From assembly GCF_964194025.1 (NCBI RefSeq), contig NC_134472.1, forward strand, positions 11,408,001 to 11,472,000: a stretch of 64,000 bases of DNA, written 5' to 3'. The DNA is from Convolutriloba macropyga (taxonomy: Eukaryota). Position numbers and translations under genes: made by a program. The notes below the pieces were generated by a model. The model saw only the letters and a program-made list of their open reading frames with translations, was not told where the DNA came from and ran no database searches. Shown here piece after piece: positions 24,713 through 36,200 of this stretch; position 1 is the stretch's first letter, and every line of letters begins with the position of its first letter.

Positions 24713-26456
24713 TGCGAGAGAAATTCATGTACAACCACTAACAATCAAGTTTATTACAACAGCAGTTTCAAGAGTTTGTGAGTTTGAGATTGAATTTGGG
24801 AAGTTGACTCTAAACTGTACAATGTTACACTGGGGTACGAAACCATTTTCAACACCGTGGAGGGTTTTTAATGTTTTTTTCTCCTGATTGCTATTACTTG
24901 TCGTTGGGTACTTCTGGCTAGCCGCGTTTTCAGTTGTTATTGGACGTTGTTAGGCATGAAGGTAAGTTTTGTCACAGAGGGTGAAGAAAGAAAGAGTAGG
25001 TAAATAAAAGAGAAAGAAAAGAAATAAAAGAAATTGAATTAAGCTAGAACTGGAAAAAGGGCTGAGCATCAATCAGCTGTGTCTGTTTACTCGAGACAGC
25101 TGCGGCGCATTGGGGGATCGAACTCCCGCTGTGTTTTCCATATCGTGTACTGATGTGTTGCGCCAATATACACACGTTTGTGTTAGAGAACTGCGTTAAA
25201 GGTAAAATTATCGTTCAATTTTTGTGGCTGATGAATAAGTCTTGAGTTTTGAAATGAATTTGATATGCATAATTGAGATACTCCAAATTCATTGATTCCA
25301 AAGTTTGCCGGTTTCCACTTGTCTCGTATCTTATACAAATGCTTGGTTTTCACGCTTTAGGAGAATATCAAAATGTCCGCACGCATTACTTCCGAGAGTC
25401 CTCCTCCAGAGGAGAAGTTTTCTCTCGGTATAATTCGGGTGATTCCTCTCGAAAGCTTCGGCGATGGAGACAGGGATCCCCGGAAGATTGCCCGAAAGAA
25501 GCTTCCTCTGAGGGTTTGATACCGGATGGATTGTCGGAGGCTTAGAGCTTGGAAGCGTCAGAAGCGTGTTGTAAAGCCTAGGAAACGGCGGGCGACTTCG
25601 GATTCGAAAGGATCGAAGAAGCTTCCTGACCCTAGGTTTGATCCTGACTTTGATCCGAAGGATCCTTTGGGTCTCAGCCGGTGATCTCTGATTTTTAAAT
25701 CAGTAAATCACAAGAACATGTTTGATTTTCAGGTAACCTAACCAATCAGAAGGTCTTATGTGCTTTTACAGTTGTTCTTTGGACATTGCCTTTTCTTTTC
25801 TATAAGGCGTAAAATTGGTTCAATTTTGTTTTTTTTTGCGCGCTTGATGTAGTCTTTTGCCAGTCGTATCTGAATGCTTCTTATAAATGGTGAGTTAGAT
25901 TCTTCATGTAATTTTTTCACACTATACCATCGAAGTTTACTTAAACAAATTCTTAGTGCACTGTTTTGCGCTTTTTGCATAATATAGATAATCGTTTGCG
26001 ATTGGTTGAGCCAGCAAGCGTTCGCATATAGAAATAAAGGCCCGATCCAGGTCTTGTACAGCAGAAGTAAACTTTCCTGCTCAATATTGAAGTTGCTTAG
26101 ACGCCACAGCTGGAAAATTCGCTCGTTTGCTCTGGTTACGACGTTTTTACAATGTTCACTCCAATTTAGGCGTGGCGTCATTGTTATTCCTAGGAACTTG
26201 ATGGTTTTTGCTTCTTCAATTTGTCTTCGGTTGATGTTTAGGCTGAGACTTGTTTGTTTCTTCGAAGGATTTCTGAATAGAATGTATTTTGTTTTGGCGG
26301 GATTTATTTTGCTTTTCAGCCTTTCACACCACTTTATGAGTATGTTGAGTGAAGCTTGGAGTTTGCTTTGTAATAACTGACTGGACTGTGACCTGTAAAA
26401 TAATGCAAAATCATCTGCAAACTGAGAAATTTCTGCTGGAGTTTCTGGAATATGTT
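24713..26456 (-). mobile_element. 5'-truncated LINE (RT C-terminal half plus ~1-kb 3' region) bounded by a 21-bp direct repeat
   Basis: ORF 25756-26493 contains ISQFADD, INPAKT, KFLGITM and LYKTWIGP..LY (RT domain 5 onward). GGACATGTTGGAAATGGAATC occurs at 24692-24712 and 26457-26477. Minus-strand AATAAA at 24750-24755. Confidence 0.8.
24956..25684 (+). pseudogene. Putative spliced antisense ORF (K/R-rich, ~110 codons, one internal TGA) inside the LINE 3' region
   Basis: ATG AAG|GTAAGT (24956-24961) joins in frame to ctttag|GAG (25361). The frame is open to TGA at 25682-25684 except for TGA at 25517-25519. Confidence 0.5.
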
Positions 26457-26477
26457 GGACATGTTGGAAATGGAATC

Positions 26478-26577
26478 CATGACAAACTCCCATTCTTTGT
26501 ATTTTTAGTAAACATCCTTATCAAAACCATGACAAACTCCCATTCTTTGTATTTTTAGTAAACGTCCTTATCAAAAC
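26478..26577. repeat. 50-bp tandem duplication (2 copies, 1 mismatch) next to the LINE 5' junction
   Basis: catgacaaactcccattctttgtatttttagtaaac(a/g)tccttatcaaaac occurs twice in tandem. Confidence 0.95.
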
Positions 26578-26790
26578 CAGTTTCTTTCAAACTACAATTT
26601 AATCACTGAATTTACAATTGATAATTAATGCTGCAAACAATGACCCTGTTCTTACATTTGAAAACCCAAAGAACCGTACAATCAGGGCTGAGTTTTGCAT
26701 GAATAAATTATAACAGGCGATTAACAAATCGTAAACGCATTCTTTGTGCTCCTCTATACAAATTGGATATTAAAATTGGAATAAGAGTGC

Positions 26791-29004
26791 TCAGTCTGAG
26801 TTCCAGTCAAGGTCATCCCATCCATTGTCCCCTGAGCCCTCCAAAACTTCTGATTTCTGTTCCAATAATGATGACTCGAAGTGAGTATAACTTTCAGGAC
26901 TCGGTTGAATCAATCTCCTTTGACTGATTTGGTTTCCTTCGCTTAAACTCACTCTGTTTTCTTTTACAAACGAACCATTAGAGCAATAATCATTAAGCTC
27001 CGTTGAACTGTTTAATTTAGAAGGTTGATCATTTTCAAACTCAGTTGATGACAGTCTTTCTGGCTGCTGGTCATTTTCGCTGTCATCGCTTAGCGACACC
27101 TTGACTCTGTTGCAAATACCTGCTAACTCGGGATAAATAACAGGCGTTGGCTCATCCATGCCTGATTCTGCATTATCCAGCTCAATCGCAGAATTCTCAG
27201 ACACATTGGCATTGGTTACCGTGGAATAGTTTTGAATAATTTTGAGCTCCAAATCGCTCAGAGTTTCCAAATTGTTAATGGAAATATTATCACTTTCAGA
27301 ATTTGTAACCGCAGCACTTTCTTCAATCGGAGGCGCAGCTGGTATCCGGTTAGAGGTCTTTAAAATTGACTTCGGGATAACTTCCTCGGTTTTTTCCGAG
27401 ATCGGGTCAAGTCTTTCAGCCAATTCTGAAAGTGCTTTTTTCTTAACAGACCTGGAGTTTAATCTCGCATTTTGAATTGCATTTTCAGCTGAATTGTCAT
27501 TGCTCTTTTGATTTGCAGCTGGAATTCTGCTAGGCTGTCTTTCATTGCGATTTTTCGTTTCAGCTTTGACCTTCGACTTTCTGAAGTTTGAAAGAGACAC
27601 TTCAGCTAGCAAGTCAACTTCCGAATCCGTATCATTCGTTTCCTCCTCCGCGAAGTACGAACTATCCACAGTCGGAAGAACATTAGCGGCCTGCGTTCGT
27701 GGTCTGATTTCCACGAACACGACTCGGCGAGAGCCTCCAACAACTCTATTGCTTCCCAAATATGGAACCAAATCACCCAAACAGTGAAAGGTCAGTGAAA
27801 CTATATCATCATTTGTATCTCTCAGCCCTGCTAGTAACTTAGGCAATAGTGTTTTTGAAATCTCCTTTTTAGGAATGTAAGGTAGAATTGGCTTCAGATG
27901 CGACAACAGAAGCAATCTGGTGTCTATACTGCGACTGTAGAGTAACTTCAGGAATTGAGGAACAACATGATCTTTGTACAAATTCTCCGTAAGAAACCCC
28001 CTCGATGATTTTGGGCTTTTGATGGATACTGCCGGATTAAGAATGTCGCCAATAACTCTCTGAGCAGTGGTCTCGTAAACAACCCAGTCCGCAAGTAGCA
28101 AGGGCAAAATCCTAGTTACAACAAGTTTCGAATCCAAAGTTGATATATTTGCTCTCAAACTTTCGAGGAACTCAATTTTTTCGTCGTCATCTTTTGTCAC
28201 AAAGTTATGGAAGAAGTTTACAATAGAACTGTAGTAACTGTTAAATACGGAATGTTTCAAAATTGACGAACATTTAGGTCGCAATTTGTAATCTTGGCTG
28301 AGCATATTTTTTGAAGTAAAATCGACAAAATCTGTCAAAGTAGTATCTAAAGTTAGCTTGTTGTGTCTCGAATAATTATTTGTATTTAGAATTTCGTTTT
28401 TGAACAAATGACCCAGCATATATACATCTCGAGTAAATCCAAAGTTTGTGGGCACTGCGGCCTCGCAGCTGTCTTCAGGCGGTAGTAAATGAGACGGAAT
28501 TTTATTCTGTGCAAAAACCTGCCAGGATGAATTGGTAAACTTTGACATATTTTCTAAACATCCAAGTTTCCATTCTCCGCTATCAGCTACAAAAATTGAT
28601 GACATTAGAACATTGTTATAACTGCACAGGCATATATCGTGGATGAACAAAAGTGCATTAGTGATATTATGCATACCGTGCACTAACTCTTGAGCTGTCA
28701 TATCCTTAATGCACTGCACTAACGGAACGGCGTTCTCAAAAACTATGTGCGTGGTCAACGACGCTTCCAACGAATGAGTTTCCATGTAATAAAGCAGACT
28801 TGGATGCTTTATAGTCCGTGAAAAGTGTTTCAAGTTCTCCATTAAATGCTTATCGCCAGAGAAGATGAGAACTGAGTTCTTTTTCTGGCTTTCGACCGGT
28901 TTGGGTTTGGCTCTCTGGATAACATAGGAATGGCTTTGAGTTGTCTCCACAGGATGGATGCCATCAAAGTTTGCTTTGAGGAGAGAAGAGTCTGACGTTC
29001 CCAT
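26791..29004 (-). CDS. SCYL3: SCY1-like pseudokinase 3 (PACE-1), intronless CDS, 737 aa
   Basis: Likely start MGTSDSSL (MG myristoylation-type N-terminus). Pseudokinase region (IKHPSLLYY, ALLFIHD...YNNV...SIFVADSGEWKLG) and a HEAT segment LLPKLLAGLRDTNDDIVSLTFHCLGDLVPYLG..VVGGSR typical of SCYL3. Disordered tail ends GWDDLDW. Confidence 0.92.
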   Translation of the reverse strand: MGTSDSSLLKANFDGIHPVETTQSHSYVIQRAKPKPVESQKKNSVLIFSGDKHLMENLKHFSRTIKHPSLLYYMETHSLEASLTTHIVFENAVPLVQCIKDMTAQELVHGMHNITNALLFIHDICLCSYNNVLMSSIFVADSGEWKLGCLENMSKFTNSSWQVFAQNKIPSHLLPPEDSCEAAVPTNFGFTRDVYMLGHLFKNEILNTNNYSRHNKLTLDTTLTDFVDFTSKNMLSQDYKLRPKCSSILKHSVFNSYYSSIVNFFHNFVTKDDDEKIEFLESLRANISTLDSKLVVTRILPLLLADWVVYETTAQRVIGDILNPAVSIKSPKSSRGFLTENLYKDHVVPQFLKLLYSRSIDTRLLLLSHLKPILPYIPKKEISKTLLPKLLAGLRDTNDDIVSLTFHCLGDLVPYLGSNRVVGGSRRVVFVEIRPRTQAANVLPTVDSSYFAEEETNDTDSEVDLLAEVSLSNFRKSKVKAETKNRNERQPSRIPAANQKSNDNSAENAIQNARLNSRSVKKKALSELAERLDPISEKTEEVIPKSILKTSNRIPAAPPIEESAAVTNSESDNISINNLETLSDLELKIIQNYSTVTNANVSENSAIELDNAESGMDEPTPVIYPELAGICNRVKVSLSDDSENDQQPERLSSTEFENDQPSKLNSSTELNDYCSNGSFVKENRVSLSEGNQISQRRLIQPSPESYTHFESSLLEQKSEVLEGSGDNGWDDLDWNSD

Positions 29005-29789
29005 TCCAAGGATGTAGGGAATAAGTTTAATCCTTCTGCCTATTATAACAAACTGCACTATTTCGAGTATTGAAAGTCTACATTGCGTCTAAAAACATGG
29101 GAGTTTCATTATCTAGAACAAAAAATTAAGCAGTTATTTTATGATTAGATCATAGAAGAAGCGTGGGTAGTTCGCAGTAATTGTGGATTCAAGGCAGATT
29201 AATATTTGCCCTCATTAAAATGATTCCGGTGAAATATCACATAGTCTGTGTTTTATGTGGTTTTCCGCATTTTTTATGCCACAATCTATGCTACTATTGA
29301 AGCTCGTAACTGCAAAGCCCTCATGCTTTACCTCTTGATATCGATTTTCTTCTAAAAAAGTTAAGTCGGTCAGATTAAATACCGAAAGAAAAAGAACTCC
29401 AGGACTAACATAATCGCTACAAACTTTTGAGAGCAACTGTTAACTTGCGAGTTAAACTGAAACTTTTATGCTTGTAGCTGCTGCTAGGTGAGATCAAAGG
29501 TCTGCCGTTAATGCCAATTAGTATAAAGCGTCATAAAATGGATCGAAACGGTCAAACAAAAGGTTGAACGGGCTTAGACAAAAATTTAAATCAACAGAAC
29601 TAAAACAACGAGAACAAGCTCAGCTGAAATTATTACCATAAGACAACCGGATAAACATTTAACTACAGCACTGAGTCATGGAAAATTTAATCAAGGGTAT
29701 TTACTCACAGACCGATAAGCTTTCGATCAAAACAGTCGCTTCTTTTGCTTAATAGTTATTGGTAAGGAAGTCATCCAAGAGTCGAGTTT

Positions 29790-30195
29790 GTGAAATACTT
29801 AGGAGTCCACCTGGATAAAAATTTAGATTACGCAGAAATAAATCATCTTAAAAATGGCCTGAGGGATAAAAACCATTTGTGCACTTTAAAATTGCGTCCC
29901 CGTGTCACTAATGAAAACAGTTCTAAACGATTTCGTATTGAGTCATTTGCATTATTCTGAACTGTTAGTTCACTAATTGGAAACTGAAAACTGAACTCTT
30001 GCCATCATTTAGAAAACCAGAAGAGAACACACTCCATACCTGGAGTATAAACGAGCACAAAAGAACTCGGGAAACTCTTTTTAACTCCGAATTTACTAGT
30101 CAAAAAATTGAGCGCTCAATTGTCAAAAAATTATCTCGAGGACTGGAATGATCTACCAAATCAGCTAAAAGCTTTAAAAAAGAAAAAACTGCCTC
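29790..30195 (+). mobile_element. LINE 3' fragment (post-RT region)
   Basis: VKYLGVHLDKNLDY at 29790 and WNDLPNQLK at ~30145. Confidence 0.6.
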
Positions 30196-30815
30196 AAAAA
30201 ATGATCTTACGCGACACTTCACAAATTGTAACTACTCGTCTTATAGTGCCAGTATTTTTGATTTGTTGTTTTTCAAATTTTATTTGATACTTTTGATTAC
30301 CCGTGGATAGTCCGACACTGCTTTGACGGAAAATCGAGTTTACCTTGGCCTCAAAATGAGTGAGATAAAAATTTTGAATAATCGGAAACCATGAAAACGA
30401 GAGTGAAAACATTAAACAGAAGTTAAAACATTGAGAGTCCAAGAGAAAAGAATTGATAACCAATAAAGGCGAAATGCAAATCTCGGGTCCATTTTTTACA
30501 ATCATTTTTGGGACAAGAGTAAAGCAATTTACCGGTTCCGCTGATTGAATGCTTTCTATACCTACTTGCAGCACGTTTCACAGCACTGATCTAGTTTCTG
30601 GAACAGCGATATTATTATCAGTTATTCACTGATAGGAAGCTAAAATGAATAATCCCAAAATATTTCTTTCAATAATATATTAATTATACCATCAACATGA
30701 TAGTGAATTCAAATAACTATTCCGCACACCCATAAAAGATAATTCTTTACGCTTGTCAAGTCAAAGGAGCAAAATCGTCCAATTAATCGATAATTAAACA
30801 TCAATATCAATTCAA

Positions 30816-32351
30816 TTAAGCAGCAAAGTTCACTCCCATTTCAATCAAACTGCCATCTGTCTTTCCACACACTCCTACCACCAGCATTTTACTTTCTGTC
30901 GAAGCAAAATTAACACGTTGCAGGTCACAGGCTTGCAATTTTGTCATGACGTCAGCAAATTTTGATTGATCAATCTCGCCAACAACAAATTTACCACTGG
31001 CCGATTCCAGATCAAACAATTCCGGAAGCGTAGCTCCATTAACTGATTTCAGATATGGAATTGACTTGATGATGACTCCGGAAATTGTTTGTTCAAAGGC
31101 GGAAATTTTTAAAATTTGTGAATCGCCACTCGATCTGTTCTCGCTAAAGGTGAACTTGACACCTGCCTTTTCAGCTAGACCTGGTCCACTGACTAGATTA
31201 GCAGTCTCTGCAACTTTGAGCATAGCCCCTGCCGCAACAGCAGGTGTTATGAACTTCTTCAGATTACCCGGATAATCAGACCCTGTAATCTCAATTTTCC
31301 AATCGCCAGCTAATGAATTTCCACAAATAGCCGAAAGCAGTTTGCCCAAACCAGTTCCCAATTTTAGCCAAGGAGCAGATTCCGCTGAAAATGAGGCCAC
31401 TAAAGCTTGCGAGTTAATAATTCCGTTAACTGATGAAGCATTAGTTGAGAAATCGACAAACTGATTAGCGATATCTTGTCCACATTTCAACTGTCCTTCT
31501 TTAGTGCTAGCTCCCAGATGGGCAGTTGCAACCACATTGGGATGGTCCACCAAAGTCCAGTCTTTAACTGGTTCGTCTACAAAAACGTCTAAACCAGCCC
31601 CACCACATTGCCCAGAATTCAAAGCTTCCAGAAGCTCTGTTTCGTTCAAAATTCCGCCTCTAGCAACGTTGATTATTTTCACACCTTTCTTGCAGAGAGC
31701 CAGAGTTTTGGATGATATCAGATCCTTCGTTTGAGGAATCAGAGGTGTGTGGACCGTGATGTAATCACATTTGGGCCACATTTCATCTAAGGTCATCCAT
31801 TGCACGTTCAAAGGAGCTACATCCTCCGGAGCTACAATAGGATCGAATCCAATAGTTGTCATACCGAATGCCTGCATTCGACTGGCAACTTCTAGACCAA
31901 TTCTTCCGAGACCCACAATTCCTAAAGTCTTTCCCATCAACTCTTGACCAGTCCCCTTGCTCCATTTGTGACTTTTCATTGTTGCGTTGTTGTTGGCCGC
32001 ATTTCGTGCTAAGGCTACAATCATAAAACAGGTGTGTTCCGCTGCACTGATTGTGTTCCCACCAGGTGTGTTCATGACTATTATTCCTTTGCTAGTAGCC
32101 TCAGGAACATCAATGTTGTCGACACCAGTTCCCGCCCGTCCGATGATTTTCAGGCATGGACATTTCGCAATAACTTCAGCCGTGACTTTGGTTGCAGATC
32201 GCACAATCAGACCGTCCAGGGTTGATAAACTTTCAGCCGGAATTTCAGTGAATTTTTCGAAAACCTCAACTTTGATACCATTTTTTGAAAGAATATCCCT
32301 GGCTGATAAATCAATCTTGTCCAAAAGTACTACGTGCTGAAGTCCAGACAT
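30816..32351 (-). CDS. PHGDH: D-3-phosphoglycerate dehydrogenase, intronless CDS, 511 aa
   Basis: Motifs LIVRSATKVT, GRAGTGVDNID, MNTPGGNTISAAEHT, Rossmann GLGRIG, INVARGG, GLDVF.DEP and catalytic TAHLGAST. A 50-nt GT-AG 5'-UTR intron candidate lies at 32360-32409. Confidence 0.97.
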   Translation of the reverse strand: MSGLQHVVLLDKIDLSARDILSKNGIKVEVFEKFTEIPAESLSTLDGLIVRSATKVTAEVIAKCPCLKIIGRAGTGVDNIDVPEATSKGIIVMNTPGGNTISAAEHTCFMIVALARNAANNNATMKSHKWSKGTGQELMGKTLGIVGLGRIGLEVASRMQAFGMTTIGFDPIVAPEDVAPLNVQWMTLDEMWPKCDYITVHTPLIPQTKDLISSKTLALCKKGVKIINVARGGILNETELLEALNSGQCGGAGLDVFVDEPVKDWTLVDHPNVVATAHLGASTKEGQLKCGQDIANQFVDFSTNASSVNGIINSQALVASFSAESAPWLKLGTGLGKLLSAICGNSLAGDWKIEITGSDYPGNLKKFITPAVAAGAMLKVAETANLVSGPGLAEKAGVKFTFSENRSSGDSQILKISAFEQTISGVIIKSIPYLKSVNGATLPELFDLESASGKFVVGEIDQSKFADVMTKLQACDLQRVNFASTESKMLVVGVCGKTDGSLIEMGVNFAA

Positions 32352-33232
32352 GATTGACTCTGAAAATTGATAATTTAAACTTCAATGATTTCTCTGGCAG
32401 TGTACTTACTAGCATTAAATGATGCTATGTCAAACAATCAAACATCGATTAGCTTAAATCAATAGGCGACTCGAGATAAGCCGTGGATTTTTCCGACCCA
32501 AGGTTTGCCAGAAGATGTCAGCGTGGTAGATCCGATGTCATTGAACCAACCTGATCTAAGTCATTAAATATTCTGGCGCATTACGAACCATTTTAACAAT
32601 CAAGGTCAAAGTCACTCAGTTATAACCTTGATTAACTGTTGCAAACTGACAAGTTTAGAAACTGGACGACACCTTGGAGCAAATGCTGATCCTCACTGAT
32701 ATATTGCTAGCAAATAAACTTTAACAATAGCTGGCTTGATCTGTGTTAACCACATTTTCTAACGACGCAAATTGATATGACTCAGCTAATTGGAGAGTGG
32801 CGTTATACAAGATCAGCGAAACTGAACAGAAGATTCAATAGGTTCACAAGTGTTATGCACATGTTTCAGTTCTGAATTCATATTATTCTAATGATAAAAA
32901 ACAGTGTTAAAACTTATATTTAATGAAAAATAGCACCTTTCAGGATGAACTTAAATAATCAGCTACACACTACAAGTGTATATAATACTGAGAATCCAAG
33001 ACAATTCAATCAGTAGTATTACTCCAATCGCATTTATACAATATATTCCCGAAAACAAAGTTACGCAATAAACTCAGATATTACTAATGAAGTTGGTATA
33101 AAGTGAAAATTCTGAAATCCCTTTCCATATCATTTGTATTACTTTATGACAACAGTATCAAAATATCTCTGATTAAACAACTGTAATGCAATTTGTTATT
33201 GGATTGAAAGTAATCAAAATCGTTTTCTAGGC

Positions 33233-36200
33233 TTTCTATATTTAATTCGATATTCTCAGTATTCCGGAGAGTTTCTGAAATAGGGTACTGATTTGGAGAT
33301 ATAAATTGCTTCCAACGCGAATCCAATATTACAACGATTTTAGAACAAACTTATATTGACAGTCAAATAATATTTCAGTGTAAAAAATCTAACTGTGGCA
33401 CGTAAAAATGTTGTGTTCAATACTTTGTCTCTTTCTTTATGTTACTCTGGCGCTTTTATTTTGATCTGGCTGCGATTTTGTAAATAAATAGTCAATGGGA
33501 ATGCGAATTAGTCCTGAACAATGTAAACAGACTGATACCAACCGGAACAAATAACTATCAACAAAATCCAGGAAAACTAGCATCTCTGCAAAAGCAAGCT
33601 AAATGAATTTAATTTAAAAACTCTGGTTGCTTCTGCTTTTTTTTACAAAGCTTGAAAGTTCTAAAGGATAAAAAAGGTTGGAAATGAAAATGTTATTAGC
33701 AAATAACTGTGAGAATAAAATAACGACGGATTTAAGGATCAATGATATCATGACAAATAATTGCAATTATTTATAAAAGAGTTTATTGTGATGTTTGAAG
33801 GGAATTGAAAACTGATTGGATTGTAGATTGATTTGAATGGAGTTTGGCTGGCGATTTCTTTCTCTAGCTGCTGAGAGCGTCGTCCTTCCGAGAGAAAGTT
33901 TTCCTGTATTTGCTAAGTAAACATAAAAAGCTTAGGCGAGACTAGCAGTGATGTTGTTAAACGTCAATTGTATTGTTTGTCCTTATAGTGTGTGACTAGT
34001 TAGTTAACAGGAAATCTTTTGTGATAGATAACCAATGAGGTAGAATCTGTTGATGTTCCGTTGCAACTGCTAGTGAGATTTGATCGTACCTCGGGTGTCC
34101 ACTGAAATTGGGGGTTTTGCTTGTATTTCCGCGTGACGTTGTTTCTGATGGCGGTCTTGCAGACGGGCAGATGTGTAATATAGAAGAATAAGAAGATTTG
34201 GTCTGGATGATTCAGTAGTTGTAGTGTTTGCTGAACCACTAGGTACAGTATTTTTTCTGGGTATAAATACATCTAGCAGCGTCGATACGTTAAATGAATC
34301 TCTGATACATTGATTGCGTGGTTGTTTCTTCGAGATTGTATCTGGTGATCTAGTTCTCTTCTTTGATGTAATCGCTATTGAACTAATTGCTTGAGTTTGT
34401 AATGCTGAGACTTTGATTAATGAAAAAAAGTCCTAGATGATGGAGTTAAGATGAGTAGCGGGTTGTACTGAAGCTGCACATATTCTACAAAGATGTGGTA
34501 TTCTAATCTAACATCGGCCAGTGATAAGAATAAAGTCGGTCTTCTACGTATGCATCACATACTTCAATGACATCAGTAGTAATAGAGGAATTAACCCAAT
34601 GCTGGAGACGCAGGAACGTTGTGATTATTTGCTTTCGTCTCGATTATTCTCATCATTAGGTAAATCAGGACGTTCCTTTACTCTCATAATTATTTATAAG
34701 AGTTTGGAACTGGCATTGCTCGTTCCTGAATTTCACCACTTATTATACTGTGGACTTTTTACAAGAAATATAGATGTCAGAATCAAAAATGATAGTAAAT
34801 CAAACTTTAAAGCAGAGTGCTTCACAAAGCGAAAAGATGCCCCTTTATTCTTTTTAATATGCATTGCTCAGACGAGACATAGGATAAGATCGCTGAGTAG
34901 CTTAATGAATATGAAAGCGTCGAAGAATATTCCCCATTGCTCAATTATATTTTGCAACTTCCCGAATATCTCAAAAAACCTACTTTTATAGAAGTCCGGT
35001 GAAATGAATGAATCTAGATAGACTGTCCTAGAAATCTAATAAATTGTTTATTAATGGCATCATCAGACTAGGCAGATAAAGGTCCATATTTGGGGCTATT
35101 AGATGAATCTGTAGTTTCCATTGGATAAGTTCGAAATGCGCGGGTGTAGCAAGTTAGACTAACTTACACCTTGAATATGCATATTATCATTTACACGTGA
35201 CTTTCAGCCAGAATCTTTTGTGAACGGTAAAATAAAGGTTAAAGGTTGGCTGTAGCGTAGTGTTAGGGTTAGAAATATGTGTTGTTACTTATAGAGGCCA
35301 ATGTGGAAGAAAATGATGAGCTCCGCCGTTAGCATCATGGTTGTCTTATGCTTATCATATAGAACATAGTCCTCATCGGTATCATCTGGGACTACATAGT
35401 TCTCAACTAGCTGTTTTATTAATCGTCTTCCGGGTAATATATTAATTTACCATTTCAATGAAAGGTTTCCTTCTAGTTTGTTTAATCATGCTGTTTTTCA
35501 TATCTCGTATTAGTTAACATTCGTTGAACTGTATAAGGTCCTGAGCGTAGCTTAGAGTTATTAACTCGTTCTATAGTTGCGGACCTAGTAGTGAAAGTTA
35601 TAATTTGCTACGGAAGCGAATTTGAGAAAACCCAAAGAAACAATGGTAGTACTAAAATGTGTGCTTGGCATACGATAGTAATCATGATCCAGTTACTTTT
35701 TAATTTTTGGAACACTCCCTAATATTTCCTTTCTCACTCAATTTTTGCCTTTCAGAGGTGTGATGTCTCAACTTCAGTGTCGAAAATGAATATTCAACCT
35801 GAGCGTTAAAAGTATTACATTTTTGTCCGACTTCAGTCAAGTTTTTGCACAGTTTGGATTATTTTCCGAAATTTGAGGAGTTCAACAGCAAAAACAAATT
35901 GTATTTTTCTCTATGTCTATGAAATATCAAAATTATCCCGAAACAAATCTATTGCAAATTCATCTATATTTCTATATTTAATTCGATATTCTCAGTATTC
36001 TGGAGAGTTTCTGAAATAGAGTACTGATTTGGAGATATAAATTGCTTCCAACGCGAATCCATTATTACAACGATTTTAGAACAAACTTATATTGACAGTC
36101 AAATAATATTTCAGTGTAAAAAATCTAACTGTGGCACGTAAAAATGTTGTGTTCAATACTTTGTCTCTTTCTTTATGTTACTCTGGCGCTTTTATTTTGA

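Noticed and set aside
25228-25256. CTGATGA...GAAA hammerhead-like core
   Set aside because: Stem II and the flanking stems do not pair convincingly.
29005-29058. 18-aa N-terminal extension of SCYL3 in the ORF track
   Set aside because: It starts at a non-ATG codon; MGTSDS at 29004 fits the SCYL3-type N-terminus.
31066-32340. Plus-strand ORFs overlapping PHGDH (and likewise SCYL3 and the RT ORF)
   Set aside because: Antisense shadows of real coding sequence.
2715-32362. Splice acceptors just upstream of the ATG in four genes, suggesting SL trans-splicing or a PHGDH-SCYL3 operon
   Set aside because: Plausible cis donors exist upstream (2769, 3362, 29708, 32409), and a LINE relic separates PHGDH from SCYL3. 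Ordinary 5'-UTR introns are sufficient.
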